From contig JBPOIB010000007.1 in the NCBI GenBank assembly GCA_052034935.1, positions 134 through 64,133 of the forward strand: a DNA stretch of 64,000 bases, read 5' to 3'. This DNA is from Candidatus Moraniibacteriota bacterium. Its GTDB lineage: Bacteria; Patescibacteriota; Minisyncoccia; Moranbacterales; UBA1568. This document shows positions 58,240 through 64,000 of this stretch, piece by piece; the stretch's first letter is position 1; each line of letters starts with the position of its first letter. The notes under the pieces are model-generated. The model did not search any database. It had not been told where the DNA came from and saw only the letters and a program-made list of their open reading frames with translations. Both the position numbers and the translations under genes were made by a program.

Positions 58240-58980
58240 ATGTTCCGACACATCATCCCCGCCCTCACCCTGCTCGTCGGGATTGCCTTCGCCAGCCCCG
58301 GCGTCGCCCAGTCCCTCAACCGGGTCTGCAGCGGCGCCCTGCCGGACGTCCCCATACCGCCTGACGCGCTCCACATGGTCGAGGTGATCCAACCCGAGTA
58401 CCAGCCGCCCCAAAGGATGGCCGACCTCGGCTTCGATCACATCACGCCGACCATCAATGTGGTCACAACGTACCCGTGCAATCGCGGCCTCGGCTCGATG
58501 GTCGAGATCGAGGAGATGCGTCTCGTCCGCTACGACCACCTGACGAAGGTGCACATCACCGAGCAGACGATTCGCTACGGCACCGCCGCCACCCTCGTTG
58601 GCGCGATGTGGTACCGCGAACCGGTCTGGTTCCAGAGCGGCCAGCCGAATCCGCAGCCGTGGGTGACGTGGATCCAGAGCGGCAACTTCGCCGTCAGCGT
58701 CCAAGCGACCCCGCTCGGCGTCTACCACTGGTGGGGCCATCCCCGGCTGAAGATGAAGCCCGGCTACGCCTACTTCGTGGAAGCGAAAATCCGGGTCATC
58801 GGTGACACCCGCGTCCAGCTCGGGCTCGACTACTGGCGCGGCGCCACGACCATCTACAACGGCTACTCGGCCGGCTGCGTCAATTCGAACAATTGCGAAG
58901 CCTACCAAAGCCACTGGATCGGTCCGACGAATGGCCAGTTCGTCACCGTCATCACCCCGATGACGCTCTACACCCCCTGA
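58240..58980 (+). CDS. Hypothetical secreted protein, GC-rich (about 62%)
   Basis: Signal peptide MFRHIIPALTLLVGIAFASPGVAQS; SD GAGGAG. The track ORF starts at 58045. Confidence 0.5.
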   Translation: MFRHIIPALTLLVGIAFASPGVAQSLNRVCSGALPDVPIPPDALHMVEVIQPEYQPPQRMADLGFDHITPTINVVTTYPCNRGLGSMVEIEEMRLVRYDHLTKVHITEQTIRYGTAATLVGAMWYREPVWFQSGQPNPQPWVTWIQSGNFAVSVQATPLGVYHWWGHPRLKMKPGYAYFVEAKIRVIGDTRVQLGLDYWRGATTIYNGYSAGCVNSNNCEAYQSHWIGPTNGQFVTVITPMTLYTP

Positions 58981-58997
58981 CCGCCACGCTTCGCCAC

Positions 58998-59050
58998 GCG
59001 AAGCAACAGTAAAGCCGCCCTCTGCACCAGCACGGCGGCTTTCAATTTTT
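58998..59050 (+). repeat. Hairpin repeat R1 (subfamily A: GCTTCGC-CAC-GCGAAGC ... GCCGCC-loop-GGCGGC-TTTCAATTTTT); terminator of 58240-58980
   Basis: See finding; shares a 50+ nt consensus with R6. Confidence 0.75.
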
Positions 59051-59118
59051 CCTTTCCTTCTTAGTCAATCACAAACATCCACATTCCCAACATCTCAAAG
59101 AGTCTCTATACTACCCTG

Positions 59119-60078
59119 ATGAAGATACTCTTTGGGCTCATTATCCTCCTACTCCTCGCCGCTTTCACTTTAGTTTTTCCGCAGACCAAAAAAGAATCCC
59201 AAGAATCCATAGTGACCAAAGAACCCCCAGCACGTGAAGAAGAAAATATCACGGATGCCATCGCCGAAAAAAAGCCCCTTTCAATCTCCCTTTCTTCTCC
59301 CTCGGCCATCCAAGGAGAACCAGTACTCGTGACGGCAGAAGGAATTACTGACCGCTCACTCGTCGAGTCCTTCACCTTCGACGGGAAATCAATTCCGGTT
59401 TTCGAACATGAAGGAAAATTAGCTGCCTTTCTCAGCATCGACCTGCACAAAAAGCCCAGCTCCTACGAAGTGACGCTCCTTTCGAAAGACGGCGAAAAAG
59501 CGACCGTCAGTCTCGAAGTCAAAGAGCGCATTCTCCCCGTATCGGATTTTGACATTCCCGAAAGCTTTGGTGGCAACACTGTGGCCGGCGAACAAAAACT
59601 CACGAGCAATTTAGAATCTGACACCAAGACCTTGAACGCTGTCACAGCGCTCATCAGTCCCGAAAAGCTTTGGACGGAAGCCTTTCGCCCTCCGCTCGAC
59701 GGTAACCCGGTTGTCACTGACACCTATGGCTATAGCCGACAAACTGGCGCCACCAATATCAGTCACAATGGTACCGACTTCCGGGCCGCCGTCGGCACTC
59801 CGGTGTACGCCATGAATGCCGGCCAAGTGGCATTTGCCGGAACGTTCCGGAATTATGGCCACACCGTTATCATCGATCACGGCCAGGGACTGATGACCAT
59901 GTACATGCATCTCTCCGAACTCAAAGTCGAAACTGGCACGCCCGTAAAAAAGGCCGCTCTGATCGCGCTCTCCGGCAATACCGGCTACTCGCTCGGCCCC
60001 CACCTCCACCTCTCCGTCCGGATTTATGGTTACTCCCTAGATCCCATCAAATTCCTCGAACTCATGGGCCCGAAATAA
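59119..60078 (+). CDS. M23-family (LytM-like) peptidoglycan metalloendopeptidase, secreted
   Basis: HxxxD and HxH (GPHLHLSV) motifs; signal peptide. Confidence 0.8.
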   Translation: MKILFGLIILLLLAAFTLVFPQTKKESQESIVTKEPPAREEENITDAIAEKKPLSISLSSPSAIQGEPVLVTAEGITDRSLVESFTFDGKSIPVFEHEGKLAAFLSIDLHKKPSSYEVTLLSKDGEKATVSLEVKERILPVSDFDIPESFGGNTVAGEQKLTSNLESDTKTLNAVTALISPEKLWTEAFRPPLDGNPVVTDTYGYSRQTGATNISHNGTDFRAAVGTPVYAMNAGQVAFAGTFRNYGHTVIIDHGQGLMTMYMHLSELKVETGTPVKKAALIALSGNTGYSLGPHLHLSVRIYGYSLDPIKFLELMGPK

Positions 60079-60103
60079 ACCAGCGAGTACAAAGCAGACA
60101 GCA

Positions 60104-60140
60104 CCGCCAAAGGATACTCTCCGAGGCGGCTTTCGTTTTT
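60104..60140 (+). repeat. Hairpin repeat R2 (subfamily B: CCGCC-AAGGATACTCTCCGAG-GCGGC-TTTCGTTTTT); terminator of the M23 gene
   Basis: See finding. Confidence 0.7.
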
Positions 60141-60199
60141 CAAGCTATCATGGCTGAAATGAATCACATCTCTCTCCCGCGAACACAGCCCAAAAAGAG

Positions 60200-60532
60200 C
60201 TATCGAAGCTTCACTGCCGTACCGTAGGCGAGGATTTCAGCAGCACCCGTCATGATCTGCGATGTCGTGAATCTGACTGACACGACAGCATCAGCTCCCA
60301 TGTCCTTGGCTTGCTGCTGCATCCGTTGCAGTGCTTCTTCACGGGCATCGGTCATTGCCTTCACGTACCCCTTGATTTCTCCGCCGACGAGACTCTTTAG
60401 TCCGGCGCCGATATCACTCCCGATATGCCGTGCACGGATAGTATTGCCCATCACCATTCCGAGTGTCTCAGTGATCTCTTTCCCTGTGATAACATCAGTC
60501 GTTGTGACAAACATAGTACTAAGTGTCTTCAT
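60200..60532 (-). CDS. YbjQ/UPF0145-family protein
   Basis: MFVTTTDVITGKEI...AVKL matches the UPF0145 core; start at 60532 or 60514 (the track ORF runs to 60628). Confidence 0.7.
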   Translation of the reverse strand: MKTLSTMFVTTTDVITGKEITETLGMVMGNTIRARHIGSDIGAGLKSLVGGEIKGYVKAMTDAREEALQRMQQQAKDMGADAVVSVRFTTSQIMTGAAEILAYGTAVKLR

Positions 60533-60586
60533 AAATTTACAGTTCCAGTATATCAAACGACCCCACTCGGCATCGGCCCCTACCAC

Positions 60587-60620
60587 TCGCGAAGCAAAAG
60601 TAAGGCGGCTTTCAATTTTT
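60587..60620 (+). repeat. Hairpin repeat R3 (subfamily A, internally deleted copy)
   Basis: CGCGAAGCAAAAGTAA-GGCGGCTTTCAATTTTT. Confidence 0.6.
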
Positions 60621-60629
60621 CTTTTCACA

Positions 60630-61320
60630 CAATAAAACCAGCCTTTCGGCTGGCTTTGAAAAGTATCAAAACTGTTGAGAGAGGAGAAGCGGAATCGGTT
60701 GAAACCGCTTCTCCCTGTATAGGTCGACCGGACGAACTCGCCTGAAGCGAAATGGACGAACGGTCTTCCTCCCGAGTTTGCAGCAGATGGGCTTGGCCGA
60801 GTGTCGAATGGGCGCAGGCCGGACCCTCCCGACGAGCGAGCACAGTTCCAAGTGAACTCACTTATCGGCTCCGCCAGTATCCATCTGTTTTTAGCACCCC
60901 AAGGGGCGGCATAGGCAGTCCGACTGCCCTACTCTCTCCTCCAATGCGCGTGGTCGCCAAACGCGGACCGTGGAGATCTAAACGCGGGTAAGGAACATGG
61001 TGAGAAAAATTTCTCTCAACAACTTTGATCGTAATTGGAAATGAATCAATACTCTTGAGAGAGAAGGAGTCGAGTACGCGGAAACGACTCCCTCTCAAGT
61101 AGTAGCCGAGGCACCCATCAAGAGTTGCCCCCATCTGTGCGAGAAAGGAACCCACCTTTTGATCCGTGCTGATCAGGCACTTACCCCAAGATAGTTTTCC
61201 AGCCCCAGAAATCCCCCGGCTTGAACGTTGAGAATTGCTTCTCTCAAGAATATTGATGTGCAAAATAACTGAAAAGCAGTATGGCAAAGAACAGCCGTTC
61301 CGTCAATCCTCAGATACAAA
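60630..61320 (+). ncRNA. ORF-free segment of about 0.7 kb with related long hairpins; candidate structured noncoding RNA(s), strand tentative
   Basis: No credible ORF. H1 (60674-60720) is a 10-bp GC stem; H2 (61054-61099) is an approximately 15-bp stem; both begin CT(N)TTGAGAGAG and have GAAA-ending loops. Bounded by R3 and R4. Confidence 0.3.
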
Positions 61321-61323
61321 AAA

Positions 61324-61360
61324 GCCGCCAAGGATCACTCCGAGGCGGCTTTCAATTTTC
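61324..61360 (+). repeat. Hairpin repeat R4 (subfamily B)
   Basis: GCCGCC-AAGGATCACTCCGAG-GCGGC-TTTCAATTTTC. Confidence 0.7.
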
Positions 61361-61398
61361 CCGTGTCATAATGAACAATTCTTTTCTGAATCTGAAAG

Positions 61399-62091
61399 CT
61401 AACGTGTATATGGATTAACCCCGGTGCAATCAGGATTATCTTTCCATGACCCCGGCCAATTTTTCCAATATAGATATTCTTCTTCATCTACAGCGACTAC
61501 CTTTGCAATTTTTGCTTCATTAGATTCACCCAAACCATGATACTTTGATGCGCTATAGTTCGAGATTATTATCGTTGCTTTCCCCGAAACATTGCATACA
61601 TCTCCCTCCACATTAGATTGTGGGACTTTTGTTTTTTGACTAAGTAACGCTACCGAATCATCGTAGAAATCAAGTACTTTATCTCCATTGTTCCAATCTT
61701 GGCCGGCTAGATTAGGAAATAAATATTCCTGCTCACGATTAATCCGAAACCAACCATCTGCACTACCTCTCCAATAGGTACCTGAAACCGTTACATAGCC
61801 TTGATAGTAGTAATTGTTCTCATCCTCTCCCACTTTCACAAACGGTTTAGTTATAGGGGTAGTTTCTATTAGTCCGTCTTCTTTCTCGGACCCTATAGTA
61901 GTGGCCTCAGTAATTAGCCCCGCTGACTGAACGGGCTCAGACCGAGGAATCGATTGAACTTGCGTAGTATCACCTTTAATCAACGACACTTGCGAGGGAT
62001 ATGATTTCGGTACACTAAAAAAATTTACTGCTGCAAAAAGTGAGAGAACAACTACCACTGCACAAAAAAGGTAGATTTTATGAAAATTCAT
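61399..62091 (-). CDS. Hypothetical secreted protein in an AT-rich (about 40% GC) islet
   Basis: Signal peptide MNFHKIYLFCAVVVVLSLFAAVNF; 230 aa; Trp/Tyr/Asn-rich. Confidence 0.5.
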   Translation of the reverse strand: MNFHKIYLFCAVVVVLSLFAAVNFFSVPKSYPSQVSLIKGDTTQVQSIPRSEPVQSAGLITEATTIGSEKEDGLIETTPITKPFVKVGEDENNYYYQGYVTVSGTYWRGSADGWFRINREQEYLFPNLAGQDWNNGDKVLDFYDDSVALLSQKTKVPQSNVEGDVCNVSGKATIIISNYSASKYHGLGESNEAKIAKVVAVDEEEYLYWKNWPGSWKDNPDCTGVNPYTR

Positions 62092-62139
62092 ATTTGATTT
62101 TATTTGCCTTCATTCTACAGGAACGCCTATTAAACAAAA

Positions 62140-62178
62140 GCTGCCAAGGATCACTCCGAGGCGGCTTTCAATTTTTTC
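62140..62178 (+). repeat. Hairpin repeat R5 (subfamily B)
   Basis: GCTGCC-AAGGATCACTCCGAG-GCGGC-TTTCAATTTTTT. Confidence 0.7.
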
Positions 62179-62246
62179 TTTTAAAAAAGAATAGGGTCTG
62201 CCACGCGGTACGTGACAAACCCTTTCGTAAACCAGGGCGAGCCACC

Positions 62247-62591
62247 CTAGCCATCGAGTGCCCCAATCGCCTGATCGATATCCGCTTGCCAGTATTCGGG
62301 AGCGAAGTCCTTGAGCCAGACTTGCTGGACGCATGCTTGAGCAAATATCCGGACCACATCGGCCTTGTCGCCGTCTTGATAGCGGAACCCCGGACACTCG
62401 AGGACCGTGATCGAGTAGCCTTCGGCCCGCTCGAGATTCTCCGCCAGAGTGCCCTCGCCGAACTTCATCGGCGGATCCTCTTGGTACTCGTCGTCAGGCC
62501 AGAGCCCGCTCGCATCATATTCCTCGAGCTCCTCGCGTGAGTGGTGAAGGATTTCCGGACGCCCGCAGTGGGCACAGTTGAAACGGAACAT
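62247..62591 (-). CDS. Hypothetical Cys-containing acidic protein (CxxC at N-terminus)
   Basis: MFRFNCAHCGRPE...; 114 aa. Confidence 0.4.
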   Translation of the reverse strand: MFRFNCAHCGRPEILHHSREELEEYDASGLWPDDEYQEDPPMKFGEGTLAENLERAEGYSITVLECPGFRYQDGDKADVVRIFAQACVQQVWLKDFAPEYWQADIDQAIGALDG

Positions 62592-62667
62592 GGTCGTTCT
62601 CCTTGGGCAAAGAAATACAATGAACTCGGGACCACTCTAGCGCGGAGATAGTCCGCCGTCAAACAAA

Positions 62668-62705
62668 AACCGCTGATAATCACTCCGAGGCGGCCTTCGA
62701 TTTTT
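62668..62705 (+). repeat. Hairpin repeat R7 (subfamily B, diverged)
   Basis: ACCGC-TGATAATCACTCCGAG-GCGGC-CTTCGATTTTT. Confidence 0.6.
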
Positions 62706-62811
62706 CCTATACTTGAGACTCAAATCTGACTATTGCAAATAGCCATATTTTATGCTATAATTTACAGTTAGTAGTTTTTTCCTAACCCGCAACCCCTCAC
62801 CGGAGAAACCG

Positions 62812-63141
62812 ATGAAATACCGACTGACGATTTCCATCATCTTCTCGCTGTGCCTGCTGGCAACCAACGGGGCGTTGTTCCTCTTCCTCTACTCCATCGA
62901 TGGCGACATCGGGAGATGGGCGTACGAGCGGCGCGCGGTCGAACGCATGCAGATGATGCAGGAATTCCACCGCACCCACCCACGTCCCGCATCAATCGGA
63001 TCTGCCCCCGCATACGGAGAAGGTTGGTTCATCATCGAACCAAAACTCGTGGACAAGCAGTGGAACGGCCCCGGACTCCTCCCCGGAGACCAGCCGGAAC
63101 CCTTGCCACCGTCCTGGGAACCACCGCCGCCCATCAAGTGA
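62812..63141 (+). CDS. Hypothetical membrane/secreted protein with Pro-rich C-terminus
   Basis: N-terminal TM; 109 aa; SD GGAG. Confidence 0.4.
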   Translation: MKYRLTISIIFSLCLLATNGALFLFLYSIDGDIGRWAYERRAVERMQMMQEFHRTHPRPASIGSAPAYGEGWFIIEPKLVDKQWNGPGLLPGDQPEPLPPSWEPPPPIK

Positions 63142-63154
63142 GGACAAGTCTTCG

Positions 63155-63212
63155 CCAAGCGAAGCAAAAGCAAAGCCGCCCTCTGCACCAAGCAAGGCGG
63201 CTTTCAATTTTA
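63155..63212 (+). repeat. Hairpin repeat R6 (subfamily A, full length); terminator of 62812-63141
   Basis: CTTCGCCAAGCGAAGCAAAAGCAAAGCCGCCCTCTGCACCAAGCAAGGCGGCTTTCAATTTT. Confidence 0.75.
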
Positions 63213-63227
63213 CAAAACTCAAGTCAG

Positions 63228-63905
63228 CTATTGATTTGATTGGCCATCGAGCGGTGCGGTCTCGCTCGTATTTGAAACTACACTATAAACGCCAAACGCG
63301 ACTGGACCCGCTGAACTCGACCCGGTTGGATCCTGCACTACAAACCGATCTTCATCAAGCCACCATAGCGGCCTTCCGTCCAATTCCTTGATGAGCTTCT
63401 TACTTTGTGTATCCCAAACCCTCGTTTTCTGAATCGATGTGCCCTTCGTATAGGCGATATATCTTCCCTGGGGACTGATCTTTGGTCCCTGAACATCGGC
63501 CCAGGTACTGGCTTCAACTACCGTACCGACGAGCGACGGGAACTCAGCATGGATAATGCTCATATCGGCCGTTGGATTTTGTGAGTAGCTAAATACCCAT
63601 TGTTTGCCATCACGAGTAAAAGAGTATTGGCCCTGACCAAACTGGATTGGCTTTGGAAATGTGATGTAGTCGGCTTTGAATTTCTCTATGTCAAAAATCA
63701 CCATTCTTTCCCTTGGTCCGTTCGCCCCTTCGACATTTTCAGATGCAACAGCCAAGACATGGCTCGCATCCACAAAAGCAGTTATTCCCTCAAGCGGAAA
63801 CAGATGAGTATCAATACCGGTTTCAATATCGAAGACATGGAAGCCCGGTACGTCCCCTGAATGAAACTGTTCCTGTTTATCCCAGGGGAGAATTTCTATA
63901 CCCAT
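63228..63905 (-). CDS. WD40-like beta-propeller (TolB/PD40-like) repeat protein
   Basis: PD40-like repeats (SPQGRYIAYT, FTRDGKQWVFS); 225 aa. Confidence 0.5.
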   Translation of the reverse strand: MGIEILPWDKQEQFHSGDVPGFHVFDIETGIDTHLFPLEGITAFVDASHVLAVASENVEGANGPRERMVIFDIEKFKADYITFPKPIQFGQGQYSFTRDGKQWVFSYSQNPTADMSIIHAEFPSLVGTVVEASTWADVQGPKISPQGRYIAYTKGTSIQKTRVWDTQSKKLIKELDGRPLWWLDEDRFVVQDPTGSSSAGPVAFGVYSVVSNTSETAPLDGQSNQ

Positions 63906-64000
63906 ACCCTCGATTACCTTCCGAGAACTCAGTGAGTCATTTTTGATGTAGTAAATAAAACGCTTACTATCAGGGGACCAGTCGGTAATGTACTCGACCG

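Noticed and set aside
58180-58914. 244-aa minus-strand ORF and 58476-58805 plus-frame ORF
   Set aside because: Shadow frames of the 62% GC secreted-protein gene 58240-58980, which has a signal peptide and an SD.
61200-61240. CAGAAATCCCCCGGCTTGA, resembling the RNase P RNA P4 3'-strand consensus (ACAGAARCCGGCUUA)
   Set aside because: No matching 5' P4 strand (GGAAAGUCCGG) or CR-II/III elements at the expected spacing; followed by a hairpin not expected in RNase P. Likely coincidence; a covariance-model search would settle it.
60862-61287. 141-aa minus-strand ORF, and ORFs 60625-60861 and 60752-60991
   Set aside because: Lie in the hairpin-rich ORF-free segment; no SD; translations are low-complexity and run through the stable stem-loops. 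Treated as a noncoding region.
1-64000. CRISPR arrays, integrases/transposases, rRNA genes
   Set aside because: No spaced direct-repeat arrays, no recombinase-like ORFs and no rRNA-like sequence detected by eye. The only repeats are the hairpin family at 59-63 kb and the tRNA duplication.

Overview
This 64 kb window is a gene-dense bacterial chromosomal segment, coded mostly on the minus strand, with about 50-55% GC and local extremes. The central third (36.1-50.6 kb) is the str/S10/spc ribosomal-protein supercluster: rpsL-rpsG-fusA-[Tat-signal ORF]-tuf-rpsJ-rplC-rplD-rplW-rplB-rpsS-rplV-rpsC-rplP-rpmC-rpsQ-rplN-rplX-rplE-rpsZ-rpsH-rplF-rplR-rpsE-rplO-[lipoprotein]-secY-adk-map-ruvX. The cluster has no rpmD (L30) between rpsE and rplO and no infA/rpmJ/alpha-operon genes after map. 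That layout is reminiscent of Patescibacteria/CPR-like small genomes, although a desaturase, a Tat signal and an ApbE gene are also present. The 5' end carries a complete type IV pilus operon on the minus strand (pilM-pilN-pilO-pilB-pilT-pilC-pilin), followed on the plus strand by a clpC-comF pair. Downstream come a PIF1-family helicase, a GC-rich fatty-acid desaturase, a YodB/HxlR-like regulator facing a nitroreductase, two ABC efflux systems, an ECF sigma/anti-sigma module, dsbB, lexA, and an ApbE plus FMN-binding-domain pair. Four features are the most unusual. (1) A tRNA-Ser(GCU) gene is preceded by a direct partial duplicate of its own 5' half, and the two copies bracket a small GIY-YIG nuclease ORF. 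(2) A 4.3 kb accessory stretch (59.0-63.2 kb) carries seven co-oriented copies of a hairpin repeat ending GGCGGCTTTCAATTTT, plus a 0.7 kb ORF-free segment with related long hairpins that may be a noncoding RNA. (3) Two foreign transcription units (a Tat-signal protein and a lipoprotein) are inserted inside the otherwise conserved ribosomal supercluster. (4) Two paralogous FMN-binding-like exported proteins are present, one next to apbE and one next to a MacAB-like efflux pump. All calls are from reading the sequence and the ORF translations; no database search was run.
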